From contig CAWBOC010000005.1 of assembly GCA_963790305.1 (NCBI GenBank), positions 128,001-192,000 of the forward strand: a stretch of DNA of 64,000 bases, in the 5' to 3' direction. The notes below the pieces were generated by a model that saw only the letters and a list, made by a program, of their open reading frames with translations, was not told the DNA's origin and ran no database searches. Below, piece after piece: positions 8,919-18,458 of the stretch (its first letter is position 1; each line of letters opens with the position of its first letter). The stretch comes from an uncultured Gemmatimonadaceae bacterium (GTDB taxonomy: Bacteria; Gemmatimonadota; Gemmatimonadetes; Gemmatimonadales; Gemmatimonadaceae). Both the position numbers and the translations under genes were made by a program.

Positions 8919-10379
8919 ATGTCACGCTCCCCTCTCGACCTCGATCACGACACGATGCGCCGGCTCGGCCACCTCGTGGCCGACACGGTTGCGGGTCACC
9001 TCTCGACGCTGCGCGACCAGCCCGCGTACGCAACCCTCGACACCGCGACGGCCGAGCGGCTGATCGAGCGCCGAGCGCCGGCGCGGGGCACTGACTTCGA
9101 GACGTTGCTCGCGACATTGCGCGATCGCGTCTTTCCACACGCCGCTCGCGAGCCCCATCCGGGATTCATCGCGTATGTCCCGAGCTGCCCGACCTTTCCC
9201 GCCGTACTCGGCGACTGGTTGGCGACGGGCTTCAACTTCTTCGCTGGCGTATGGCCGGTCGCGGCTGGCCCCAACGAGGTCGAGCTCGTTGTGCTCGACT
9301 GGTTTCGCCAATGGCTGGGGATGCCGGAAGGCACGGGCGGACTTCTTACGTCGGGAGGGTCGGGCGCCAACCTCACCGCAATGATTGCCGCGCGGCATCG
9401 CGTCACGGCGGGCGACGCATCCGTCATCGCCAGGCTCACGGTCTACGCATCGGACCAGGTGCATTCATCGGTGACGCGTGCTGCCTGGCTCGCTGGCGTT
9501 CCGCGTGAGCACGTACGTTCGCTGCCGACCGATGACGAATACCGTCTGCGCGCCGACGCGCTGCGGGTATCCATCGCGCGCGATCGCGCGATGGGGCTAC
9601 GGCCGCTCATGGTCGTCGCGAATGCCGGCACGACGAACACCGGCAGCGTCGATCCCATGCACGAGATCGCGGATCTGTGCGAGCAGGAGGATGTGTGGCT
9701 GCACGTCGACGCCGCCTATGGCGGCTTTGCCGTACTGACGGACATCGGACGACGCGCGCTGGCCGGCATCGAGCGCGCCGACTCGGTAACGCTCGACCCT
9801 CACAAGTGGTTGTTCATCCCCTTTGAATGCGGATGTCTGCTCGCGCGGGATCCAAACCGGCTCAAGGCGGCGTTTCAGATTTTTCCCGAGTATCTGGCCG
9901 ATGCTCAGACCGGCCACGAGGCGGTGAACTTCGCCGACTACGGCGAGCAGCTCACCCGCTACGCGCGCGCGATCAAGGTCTGGACGTCGGTGAGCTACTT
10001 CGGAACGGATGCCATTCGCGATGCAATCGAGCGCGGGATGATGTTGGCGCGTCGCCTGGAGGAGCGCATTCGCGAGACGTCAGCGCTGGAGATTGTGTCG
10101 GCGGCGCGCTTTGGCGTCGTGTGCTTCCGCGTGCGGCCGAACGGAATCGACGGCGCTGCCCTCGACGCGCTGAATGAGCGCGTACTGGCACGTATCGTCG
10201 GCGAGGGGCGCTACTTCATCTCGTCGACACGCCTGCGAGGGGCATTCGCGTTGCGCGCCTGCATTCTCGGATTCCGGACCGCCGAGGAGGACATCGACGG
10301 TCTCGTGCGGGCAGTGGCGGAGGCCGCGAGCAATGTGGCCGCGGTCACGCCCTCCCGGCCAGCCCGCGCACCGACCTAA
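8919..10379 (+). CDS. Group II PLP-dependent (aromatic-L-amino-acid-type) decarboxylase
   Basis: HPGFIAYVP, TSGGSGAN, NAGTTNTGSVD, WLHVDAAYGG and TLDPHKW motifs. Confidence 0.92.
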   Translation: MSRSPLDLDHDTMRRLGHLVADTVAGHLSTLRDQPAYATLDTATAERLIERRAPARGTDFETLLATLRDRVFPHAAREPHPGFIAYVPSCPTFPAVLGDWLATGFNFFAGVWPVAAGPNEVELVVLDWFRQWLGMPEGTGGLLTSGGSGANLTAMIAARHRVTAGDASVIARLTVYASDQVHSSVTRAAWLAGVPREHVRSLPTDDEYRLRADALRVSIARDRAMGLRPLMVVANAGTTNTGSVDPMHEIADLCEQEDVWLHVDAAYGGFAVLTDIGRRALAGIERADSVTLDPHKWLFIPFECGCLLARDPNRLKAAFQIFPEYLADAQTGHEAVNFADYGEQLTRYARAIKVWTSVSYFGTDAIRDAIERGMMLARRLEERIRETSALEIVSAARFGVVCFRVRPNGIDGAALDALNERVLARIVGEGRYFISSTRLRGAFALRACILGFRTAEEDIDGLVRAVAEAASNVAAVTPSRPARAPT

Positions 10380-10810
10380 CGAGCGCCGAAGTCCCGCTCG
10401 GGGTGAACGTTGGAGATGGCGGGAAGCCCGCCGGAAATCCGCGTCCACGTTCGGATCGTCTCCTCGAGCTCGTCGAAATCGAACGGCTTGACGAAGACGG
10501 GGCGTCCGAGCGCGCGGACGTGACGGCCGAGATCGGCGTTGGCGGCAATGTCACCGGTGACGAAAATCGTATTGCGAGCGACGCGCGGATGATGCTCCTG
10601 CAGCCACGCGTAGAGCTCGAAGCCGCTGCCGTCATCGAGCCAGACATCGACGATCGCCCCATCGAAGACGAGGCGTGCACAGGCGGCTCGCGCATCGGCG
10701 AGCGAGCCGGCGGTGTGCACTTCGATCCCGTGCAGTTGCAGCGCGTGTTGCACTACGCGCCGCATCGAGGGCTCGTCATCGACAAAGAGAACGACAGGCA
10801 TCTTCAACAT
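10376..10810 (-). CDS. Single-domain response regulator (receiver)
   Basis: VLFVDDE, phospho-acceptor IVDVWL, FVTG and VKPF motifs; start at 10810 or 10801. Confidence 0.88.
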   Translation of the reverse strand: MLKMPVVLFVDDEPSMRRVVQHALQLHGIEVHTAGSLADARAACARLVFDGAIVDVWLDDGSGFELYAWLQEHHPRVARNTIFVTGDIAANADLGRHVRALGRPVFVKPFDFDELEETIRTWTRISGGLPAISNVHPERDFGAR

Positions 10811-10942
10811 CCGGTGAAGCGAGGCGGTCGAAGATAGCGAGGGCGATCGGCATGTCAAACCCGTCTCACACGAACGTGATACGCGTCACGCATTCGTGTG
10901 CGCGGGCTTGCTTCGCATCACGAAACGCGCTACTTCAGGCGC

Positions 10943-11830
10943 ATGCTGAGCATTGATCTCACCGGACGGCGCGCGCTCGTCGCAGGGGTCGCCGACGACC
11001 GCGGATACGGCTTCGCCATCGCGAAGGCGCTGGCCGAAGCGGGCGCGTCGATCGTACTGGCCACGTGGCCGCCGGCGCTCAACATCTTCCTGAACCTCCT
11101 CGAGCGCGGGAAGATCGACGAGTCGCGAGCCCTCACCGGAGGTCGGCTGCTCGAGTTCGAGAGGATCTACCCGCTCGACGCCGCGTTCACGACGCTGAGC
11201 GAGGCAACTCCTGACATCCTCGAGAACAAGCGGTATCGCGAGGTCGGCGACTTCTCGATCGAGGGCCTCGCGAAGCGGCTCACCGATGATTTCGGTGAAC
11301 GGCCCGTCGACATCGTCATTCACTCCCTCGCCAACGGGCCCGAAGTCAAGAAGCCGCTCATGGAGACGAGTCGTGGCGGCTACCTCACCGCGATGGGGGT
11401 GAGCGCGTATTCCATGGTGGCGATGGTTGGCCGCTTTGCCCCGCTGATGCGCGACGGTGGCGCGTTTCTGTCGCTAACCTACATGGCCAGCGAGCGCGTA
11501 ATCCCGGGGTATGGGGGCGGCATGAGCTCGGCCAAGGCCGCGCTCGAAAGCGACACGCGCGTGCTCGCGTACGAGGCGGGCCGCAAGTACGGTACGCGCG
11601 TGAATTGCATTTCCGCCGGCCCGCTCGCGTCGCGCGCCGCCAGCGCCATTGGCATCATCGAAGCGATGGTCGAGTACTGCTCGGCCAACTCACCGCTCAC
11701 CGAGCACCTCTCCCCTGCCGAAGTCGCGAACACGGCAGCGTTTCTGTGCAGCCCGCTCGCGAGCGGGATCACCGGAACGGTGGTGTACGTGGACAAGGGG
11801 TACCACTCGAATGGGAATGGCGGTAGATAG
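10943..11830 (+). CDS. fabI: Enoyl-ACP reductase, plant/chlamydial-type FabI; probable extra base near 11810 alters the last residues
   Basis: GVADDRGYG, HSLANGPEV, YGGGMSSAKAALESD and SAGPLASRAA; the +1 frame continues as MGMAVD. Confidence 0.9.
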   Translation: MLSIDLTGRRALVAGVADDRGYGFAIAKALAEAGASIVLATWPPALNIFLNLLERGKIDESRALTGGRLLEFERIYPLDAAFTTLSEATPDILENKRYREVGDFSIEGLAKRLTDDFGERPVDIVIHSLANGPEVKKPLMETSRGGYLTAMGVSAYSMVAMVGRFAPLMRDGGAFLSLTYMASERVIPGYGGGMSSAKAALESDTRVLAYEAGRKYGTRVNCISAGPLASRAASAIGIIEAMVEYCSANSPLTEHLSPAEVANTAAFLCSPLASGITGTVVYVDKGYHSNGNGGR

Positions 11831-11833
11831 ATC

Positions 11834-11920
11834 AGAGGCGCTGGAAAAGCGCTGAGGGCGCTGGAGGAGCGCTGAAGTCCCAGCGCCGTTCCAGCGCCCT
11901 CAGCGCTGTTCCAGCGCTCT
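11834..11920. repeat. Palindromic element, family B (GCGCTG variant), copy 2
   Basis: Four GCGCTG units at 9-10 nt period followed by four CAGCGC units. Confidence 0.8.
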
Positions 11921-11928
11921 CCAATCTT

Positions 11929-12963
11929 CTAAGGCTTCTTCTCCTTTCCCGATTCTCCACCCGACTCCCCGCCGCTCCGCGTGGGCTTCGAGGACGGAGC
12001 CGGTTCGGCGCTCGACGACGTGCTCGAGCTGCCACGAGCGTTTTGGACGGGATCGCCCGAGCCTCCGGAACTGCCGCGCGCGGAGCGCACGGGTGAATGA
12101 CCTGACTCTCGACCAGGGTAGTGCACCACTTTGCGTGGCGAGCGCGCACGCAAGTCCGCCGTCGGTACTCGAGCACCCGGCTCGGCACGCCGACGCTTGT
12201 CGACCCCGGCGTCGCTGAGCTCCACGCCGTCGCGCTTGCCGCCATTTCGCGGGGCTCGTGGAGCTTCCACTGTGCCGGGTTTGGACGCCTCTGGTGCGCT
12301 GGCGACGACAGAAGGCTCCGCGTCGCCCGGGCATCCATAGTAGGGATAGTTCGACGCAACGCGGAAGACGCGTCCGTTGGCGCACGTCACGAGCCTGGTG
12401 AAGGCGAACACCGGCATCGACGGTGGTGCGGGCCAATCGACGAACAGATCCGTCGCCCAGTCCTCGTCGGCCTGCATTGGAACGACGATCTCGGTAAGCC
12501 GATCGATGACGTCGTATGGACGATACGACGCGTACATCCGGCCAAGGACCCGACGCGTCGCACCTAACGACGTCTGCAGCCGTTCGAGGTTGAGCGGGGC
12601 GGCCGACGCCACGGCGTAGTAGTATCGCGGCTGGTAGCTCGCGTGACCGAACGGATCGGTGTAGTAGAACATCCGCCCGGGTTGCAGGATGAGGTTCGCG
12701 TAGTGCGCGCTGGAGGCCACGTCATGCCCGCTCTGGGACGGATAGACCATCGTCGCGCCGCGCCCAGGAATGATCTCGAACATTGCGACGTGCGCGTCGC
12801 GATTGGTGAAGATCGGGTAGATCGGGCTGCTGCCGGCGGGGAAGCCGATCCAAACCCGGAGCGGCGGTGGGGCCTCGGGCTCCACCCCCTGCACGCGCGG
12901 AGCGGGTGCGCACGCAGCGAGGGCGGTGGTAGCGAGAACGAGGGTTGTCAGACGCGTCCGCAT
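11929..12963 (-). CDS. Lipoprotein, possibly DUF4384-like, with low-complexity C-terminus
   Basis: Lipobox LAAC; RBS AAGGAGGG; Ser/Gly/Arg-rich tail. The domain call is from recall only. Confidence 0.7.
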   Translation of the reverse strand: MRTRLTTLVLATTALAACAPAPRVQGVEPEAPPPLRVWIGFPAGSSPIYPIFTNRDAHVAMFEIIPGRGATMVYPSQSGHDVASSAHYANLILQPGRMFYYTDPFGHASYQPRYYYAVASAAPLNLERLQTSLGATRRVLGRMYASYRPYDVIDRLTEIVVPMQADEDWATDLFVDWPAPPSMPVFAFTRLVTCANGRVFRVASNYPYYGCPGDAEPSVVASAPEASKPGTVEAPRAPRNGGKRDGVELSDAGVDKRRRAEPGARVPTADLRARSPRKVVHYPGRESGHSPVRSARGSSGGSGDPVQNARGSSSTSSSAEPAPSSKPTRSGGESGGESGKEKKP

Positions 12964-12999
12964 TGTTCCCTCCTTCGCGATCCCGGCGGTGGTGCTGAA

Positions 13000-13009
13000 T
13001 TGTATACAA
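13000..13009. promoter_or_regulatory. TTGTATACAA palindrome, candidate GntR-family operator
   Basis: Perfect AT-rich palindrome about 40 nt upstream of the lipoprotein start; overlaps TACAAT on the minus strand. Confidence 0.45.
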
Positions 13010-13050
13010 AGTTGGTGCCGTTCGGCCGGTCCGCAAGGGCCGGCTGGACG

Positions 13051-14025
13051 TTACCCCTCGCGTTCCCGCTTTCGGACCCCGCTGACGAACGCGTCCTGGG
13101 TTTGCTTCCGCTCCTCGCCCCAGATAACGAGCAGCGCCATGATGCCGTAGATCGGCAGGTGTCCCACTAGCTCGCGCCACCCGAGGAACGGGAGAGTCAG
13201 GTTGAAGGGCACCCAGAGGATGAGCGTCATGAGCCGGACGAAGGCGCCAGAGATGAGCAGCAGCCCGAACGTCAGCTCGACCGTGCCCGCGATGAGAATG
13301 AAGTCGGCGTTGCTGACACCGTCAAAGCCGATCGCCGGAAAGAAGTTGAGGGGATACCGCTCGAGAAAATCCACCCCCATCGGCACGTTCCACAGCTTCT
13401 CCGTGAACGCCAGCGTGACGATGCCGACTCCCGTGAGAACCCGCAGCACGGGCACCGCGCGTGGGACGAGTCCCTCGAGCGGGCGATGGAAGCGCTGGAA
13501 GGTCATGTCGAGCGCGCCCGGCCCGCGTCCCATGACGAACATGAAAAACGCCACGCCGAGGAAGAGTGCGTGCTCGAGCAGGAGGAGAGGGCCGAACCAG
13601 ATCGCGCCCACGAGCCACACCAGCGCAAGGAGGGCGGCGCCAATTCTCGTCGCCGCACCGTAGAGGAAGCTCAGCGCGATCACGATCTCGGTGAGGGCGA
13701 CGAGACCGCCGAAGAAATTGTAGGGCAGCGCGAGATTCGGAACGAACAGCTGGAGCTGCACGCCGGCGACGAGCAGCGGCACCGCCGTGTGCACGCCGAA
13801 CACGAGCGGCATCCATGAGAGCAGCCGCTGATAGTTCTCCCAGTCCATCCCCAGCTGCAACGGGCCGGGGACGATCTCGCGGCGCCGGCGCGCTCGCCAC
13901 GCCAGCGCAGCCACCCCCGTCACAGCGAGCGCGATCGCGAGCGGCACCGCGGTCTGCGTGGTGAAGAGCTGCGAGAAATCGACGGGATGCTGGCGCGAGA
14001 CGAACCAGCGTTCGTGCAGAACCAT
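13051..14025 (-). CDS. DoxX-like polytopic membrane protein
   Basis: N-terminal HERWF, about 8 hydrophobic segments, LRVLTG...EKL and ELVGHLPIYG. Confidence 0.7.
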   Translation of the reverse strand: MVLHERWFVSRQHPVDFSQLFTTQTAVPLAIALAVTGVAALAWRARRRREIVPGPLQLGMDWENYQRLLSWMPLVFGVHTAVPLLVAGVQLQLFVPNLALPYNFFGGLVALTEIVIALSFLYGAATRIGAALLALVWLVGAIWFGPLLLLEHALFLGVAFFMFVMGRGPGALDMTFQRFHRPLEGLVPRAVPVLRVLTGVGIVTLAFTEKLWNVPMGVDFLERYPLNFFPAIGFDGVSNADFILIAGTVELTFGLLLISGAFVRLMTLILWVPFNLTLPFLGWRELVGHLPIYGIMALLVIWGEERKQTQDAFVSGVRKREREG

Positions 14026-14111
14026 AGGTTGTCGAGGTCGTCAAGGATGTCGAGGTGATCGAGGTGAAGTCGCCTGGATCACCTCGACGACCTCGATGAC
14101 CTCGATAACCT
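14026..14111. repeat. Palindromic element, family C (TCGAGGT-core 9-mer arms), copy 1
   Basis: AGGTTGTCGAGGTCGTCAAGG... / ...CACCTCGACGACCTCGATGACCTCGATAACCT; abuts the DoxX start codon. Confidence 0.88.
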
Positions 14112-14116
14112 TTGCT

Positions 14117-14713
14117 TCACCCCACCGGCTGCCGCAAAATCGTCCTCAGCTTCTCCTCCTCCACCCGCCGCGGGTCGGAGAGGTAGATCTCGTGATGGCG
14201 GCCGCGGAACGACAGGCCGTGCTGCTTCGCGAACGCGCGCATCTTCGCGATGGTCGGTTGCTCTGCAGTGTATGGGCCAATGTGCAGCACTTGCACGCAC
14301 TTTCCCTCATCCAGCGTCTCGAGCGTGACGCGAGCCACCGCCTCGTCTTTCTCGCGCTCCATCAGCTTCGTCACCGCCTCGGAGAGATGCTTCTTCGTGA
14401 TGAACTCGGGAACACGGATCAGAAGCTGCCATGTCCAGTCGACCGATACGCCTTCCTTCCACCAGACGCCTTCGAGCTTGGAAACGGCGTAGTCCGACCC
14501 GGCAGCTTTGCTCGCCATCTTGATCGTGAACGACACGGTGTAGAGCGCGCCCACCGCGTTCGCGAACTCCGCTCCTCCCGGCTTGCCGTGCCCGGTGATC
14601 GCCAGGTAGCGCGCGGGCGCGATGTCCACGAGCGTCGGCTCCCGAGGAGCGACGTACTCGTCGCGATGCTCGCGGTAGAGATCGAGTTTGGCAGGGGCCA
14701 TCGTCGGCACCAT
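14117..14713 (-). CDS. GyrI-like small-molecule-binding domain protein
   Basis: KLEGVWW, WQLLIRVP, VQVLHIGPY, HHEIYLSDPRR and LRTILRQPV; start 14713 or 14701. Confidence 0.88.
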   Translation of the reverse strand: MVPTMAPAKLDLYREHRDEYVAPREPTLVDIAPARYLAITGHGKPGGAEFANAVGALYTVSFTIKMASKAAGSDYAVSKLEGVWWKEGVSVDWTWQLLIRVPEFITKKHLSEAVTKLMEREKDEAVARVTLETLDEGKCVQVLHIGPYTAEQPTIAKMRAFAKQHGLSFRGRHHEIYLSDPRRVEEEKLRTILRQPVG

Positions 14714-14720
14714 GTCGGAG

Positions 14721-14798
14721 GAATGCGGGATCCGGAATGCGGAAATGCGTAGCCCTGACAAACGACGCTCGGTAATCCGCATTCCGCAATCCGCATTC
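14721..14798. repeat. Palindromic element, family D, copy 2
   Basis: GAATGCGGGATCCGGAATGCGGAAATGCG ... ATCCGCATTCCGCAATCCGCATTC between divergent genes. Confidence 0.8.
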
Positions 14799-14868
14799 GC
14801 TTCTCGCGCAGTCGCGATCAGACTACTAGAATCTGGGTTTCGCACCCCATTTCTGCGAGGTAACCCCT

Positions 14869-15822
14869 ATGTCCGCCCTCCGTGTCCCCGTGCTGGCCGC
14901 CCTTGTCCTCATCGGCTGCGCTCGGGACGAGACAGAAGCCACTGGCGATAGCGCCGCCGGTGTTGCCGCTCCCGCCGAATTCTCTCGCGCCGCCAGCATT
15001 CAGGGCGAGTTCAAGACGCCCGAGGCAGTTCGCTTCGACCCGACCGATGATGTGTTTTTCGTGTCGAACATCAATGGCTCCCCGGCCGAAAAGGACAACA
15101 ACGGGTTCATCAGCCGGGTGCGCGGCGAAGGCGGCGAGATCGACTCTCTCATGTTCATCGCCGGCGGCCGCGGGGGCGTGACCCTGAACGCGCCGAAGGG
15201 CCTCGCCATCACCGGCGACACCCTCTGGGTGACGGACATCGACGCCGTGCGCGCGTTCAACAAGAAGACCGGGCAGGCGATCGCCTCCTATCCCATTCGG
15301 GGTGCCGTCTTCCTCAACGACATCGCAACCGGTCCCGACGGCGCACTCTACATCACCGACACGGGCGTCCGCATCGACGCATCGGGAATGACGCACCCGG
15401 GTCCGGATCGGGTCTTCAAGCTGACGCGCGCAGGCCAGGTCTCGACCGCCTTGCGGTTCGACTCTCTCATTGGCCCCAACGGAATCACCTGGGATGAGGG
15501 GAACCAGCGCTTCATCATCGTCGCCTTCGCCGGGAGTGACATCATGACGTGGAAGCCCGGCGATTCGGCCGCCACGACGATCGCCAGCGGCAAGGGCCAG
15601 TTCAATGGCGTCGAACGGCTCGCCGACGGTCGCATTCTCATCTCGAGCTGGGCCGACTCGAGCATTTACGTCCTCGACGGATCGGCGCTCGTACGCGCGG
15701 TGCCCGGTGTGGCGGGGCCGGCGGACATCGGTATCGACACGAAGCGGAATCGCGTCGCGATTCCACTCTTCGAGGGCAACCGCGTCGAGCTGTTCGCGAT
15801 TCCGGCGAAGGACGGCATGTGA
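14869..15822 (+). CDS. SMP-30/gluconolactonase-like beta-propeller lipoprotein
   Basis: Lipobox LIGC; TPEAV, NAPKGLA, FLNDIA, GPNGI and GPADIG repeats; GAGGT RBS. Confidence 0.85.
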   Translation: MSALRVPVLAALVLIGCARDETEATGDSAAGVAAPAEFSRAASIQGEFKTPEAVRFDPTDDVFFVSNINGSPAEKDNNGFISRVRGEGGEIDSLMFIAGGRGGVTLNAPKGLAITGDTLWVTDIDAVRAFNKKTGQAIASYPIRGAVFLNDIATGPDGALYITDTGVRIDASGMTHPGPDRVFKLTRAGQVSTALRFDSLIGPNGITWDEGNQRFIIVAFAGSDIMTWKPGDSAATTIASGKGQFNGVERLADGRILISSWADSSIYVLDGSALVRAVPGVAGPADIGIDTKRNRVAIPLFEGNRVELFAIPAKDGM

Positions 15823-18311
15823 CGGGGCGCGAGCTCGCGGTCGCCGCGGCGGTGTTGATCACCGCCGCGGCGTGCTCGCGAACCGCGGAGACATCTCGAG
15901 CTACCGACGATGCGCGCCGTCTCCCCACCGGCGCGCGTCTCGATCCGGCCGGTCGAAGCGTCGACGTCGGCTCCATGCCGCTCGCGATGACACTGTCGCC
16001 AGACGGTCGCCACGTCCTGCTCCTGCTCAACGGCTGGCGCGAGCAGGGCCTCCAGGTTCTCGATCGCGCGACCGGCGCCGTCGTCCAGACGGTGCCGCAG
16101 GCGGCTGCGTTCCTCGGCATGGCGTTCTCCCCTCGTGCGAACGTCCTGTTCGTATCGGGAGGCAATCAGGACGTGGTGTACCGCTACGACTGGAACAACG
16201 GTCGTGCAACGTTGCGCGACTCCATGATCCTCGCGCTGAAGCCAGACCGACGGCGCTCCGGCACGCGCTATCCAGCCGGCATGGCAGTGTCGCCCGACGG
16301 GACGCGACTCTATGTCGCGGAGAACCTCGCTGACTCGCTCGCGGTGATCGATCTCGGGAGCCCGCAAGCGGGCACCCCGCGCGTCGTGGCGCGACATGCG
16401 ACGGAGCGCTATCCCTATGGGGTCGCCGTCGCGCCTAACGGCGATGTGTACGTCTCGGCGTGGGGTGGACACACGGTGTCCGTCTTCACACCCAACGCGG
16501 CCGGCGGGCTCGACGACGGCGGCCGCATCCGTGTCGGCCGGCACCCATCGGCGCTCGAGCTCAACGCCGACGGGTCGCGTCTCTTCGTGGCATCCGGAAG
16601 CACCGACCGCATCGCGGTGGTCGACACACGGGGGAAGCGGCTCATCAAGCATCTCGACGATCCCCCGCCCGAAGGGCCCGCCGAAGGAAGCACGCCGAAC
16701 GCCCTGGCGCTGTCGCGCGATGGCAAGCGCCTCTTCGTCGCCGAAGCCAATGCCAACGCCGTCGCCATCTTCGACCTCTCGGCGCTGACGGCGAACGACA
16801 CGACTGCGCGCGGCAATGATCAGCTCGCCGGTCGGATTCCGGTTGGGTGGTATCCCACCGCCCTGGCGCTGGCCGGCGACACTCTCTGGGTGGTGAACGG
16901 CAAGGGACACGGCACGTCGCCGAACCCCGGCTACCCACACCCGGGCACCGGCACCCACCTCTCGCGCCCGACGACCTACACGCTCGGCCAGCTCTCGGGC
17001 ACGGTGACGATCCTGCCTAACGCGCGCGTTCGCGATCGGGACCTCGAGCAATTCAGCGAGCGGGTGGCACGGGCGAACAACTGGACCTCGCGACGCCCGC
17101 CGTCCTCGGCGTATCCGCCGATCGAGCACGTGGTGTACATCATCAAGGAGAATCGCACCTACGATCAGATCCTCGCCGATCTGCCCCAGGCCGACGGGGA
17201 TACCTCGCTCCTTTTCTTTCCACGTCCCGTATCGCCGAACCATCACGCGCTGGCGGAGCGTTTCGGTATCTACGATCGATTCTTCGTGAATGCGGAGGTG
17301 AGCCCCGACGGTCACAACTGGTCAGTAGCCGCGTACACGACCGACTATCTCCAGAAGACGGTTCCGTCCAACTATTCGGACCGCGGGCGCACGTACGATT
17401 ACGAGGGCACGAACCGTTGCACCGAACGCCCGTGCGAGCCACCCGAGGATGATGTCGCGGAGCCGGCGAGTGGCTACCTGTGGGATCTCGCGCAACGTGC
17501 GGGAATCACGTTCAGGAACTACGGCGAGTTCGTGATTCCGGAGGGTGTCGATCCGGAGTCGCGCATGCCCGCGGGGTACAAGGGAAGCAAGCCGTTCCTC
17601 GCTGCGAATACGAACCGCGAGTTCCCGGGATACGACCTCAACATCACCGATCAGCGGCGCGCCGACGTCTTTCTCGCCGAGTTCCAGCAGTTCGTGCGCG
17701 ACGGCCGGATGCCGCGGTTGATCGTCCTGCGTCTCCCGAACGATCACACGGCAGGCGCCCGCGCCAACGCGCCTACCCCGCGCGCCTACATGGCCGACAA
17801 TGATCTCGCGCTCGGCCGCATCGTCGAAGCGATCTCGCGATCGCTGTTCTGGCGCAGCACGGCGATCTTCGTCGTGGAGGACGACGCGCAGAACGGCCCC
17901 GATCACGTCGACTCGCACCGCACGCCGTTCTTTCTCATCTCCCCGTGGGCGCGGCCCGGTGTGCACCATCGCTTCACCAACACGACCGACGTCGTCGCCA
18001 CCATGGAAGAGATTCTCGGACTCGGCTCCCTCTCGCAGTTCGATTACTACGGCCGTCCACTTCGCGACGTGTGGACCGAGTCGCCTGATATCGCGCCCTA
18101 TCGCGCCCTCATTCCGGCGGTTCCGCTCGATGAGCGCAACCCGTCCCAAGGACGCGGCGCTCGCGAGTCGGAGCGGCTCGACCTCTCGTTCGAGGACGTG
18201 GCCGAGGAGGACCTCTTCAACCAGATCCTCTGGCGGGCCATCAAGGGCGAGAACGTGCCGTTCCCGGGCGTCACGAGGATGTCAGCCCTGGAGTGGAAGC
18301 GAGCGAAATGA
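15819..18311 (+). CDS. YncE/YVTN beta-propeller fused to phosphoesterase (alkaline phosphatase superfamily) domain, lipoprotein
   Basis: GTG overlapping the upstream TGA; lipobox AAAC; YIIKENRTYD, SPDGHNW, LPNDHT and EDDAQNGPDHVDSHR. Confidence 0.9.
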   Translation: MTGRELAVAAAVLITAAACSRTAETSRATDDARRLPTGARLDPAGRSVDVGSMPLAMTLSPDGRHVLLLLNGWREQGLQVLDRATGAVVQTVPQAAAFLGMAFSPRANVLFVSGGNQDVVYRYDWNNGRATLRDSMILALKPDRRRSGTRYPAGMAVSPDGTRLYVAENLADSLAVIDLGSPQAGTPRVVARHATERYPYGVAVAPNGDVYVSAWGGHTVSVFTPNAAGGLDDGGRIRVGRHPSALELNADGSRLFVASGSTDRIAVVDTRGKRLIKHLDDPPPEGPAEGSTPNALALSRDGKRLFVAEANANAVAIFDLSALTANDTTARGNDQLAGRIPVGWYPTALALAGDTLWVVNGKGHGTSPNPGYPHPGTGTHLSRPTTYTLGQLSGTVTILPNARVRDRDLEQFSERVARANNWTSRRPPSSAYPPIEHVVYIIKENRTYDQILADLPQADGDTSLLFFPRPVSPNHHALAERFGIYDRFFVNAEVSPDGHNWSVAAYTTDYLQKTVPSNYSDRGRTYDYEGTNRCTERPCEPPEDDVAEPASGYLWDLAQRAGITFRNYGEFVIPEGVDPESRMPAGYKGSKPFLAANTNREFPGYDLNITDQRRADVFLAEFQQFVRDGRMPRLIVLRLPNDHTAGARANAPTPRAYMADNDLALGRIVEAISRSLFWRSTAIFVVEDDAQNGPDHVDSHRTPFFLISPWARPGVHHRFTNTTDVVATMEEILGLGSLSQFDYYGRPLRDVWTESPDIAPYRALIPAVPLDERNPSQGRGARESERLDLSFEDVAEEDLFNQILWRAIKGENVPFPGVTRMSALEWKRAK

Positions 18312-18317
18312 TTTTCC

Positions 18318-18420
18318 AGGTGATCGAGGTCGTCGAGGTGATCAAGGTGAACGTGGGCTAACCGGCTTGTCCGCGAGGTCACATACCTCGACAGCCTCGA
18401 CGACCTCGACGACCTCGACC
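18318..18420. repeat. Palindromic element, family C, copy 2
   Basis: AGGTGATCGAGGTCGTCGAGGTGATCAAGGT ... ACCTCGACAGCCTCGACGACCTCGACGACCTCGAC. Confidence 0.88.
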
Positions 18421-18458
18421 ACATTGGCTATCTCAACACCGTCACTCCAGAGGACGCC

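Noticed and set aside
14026..14111. Periodic 7- and 9-mer repeats (here and in families A-D) as a CRISPR array
   Set aside because: Units are too short, directly tandem without unique spacers, arranged as inverted arms, and no cas genes are present.
15666..17315. 549-aa minus-strand ORF
   Set aside because: Antisense shadow of the phosphoesterase gene; no motifs; expected in high-GC DNA.
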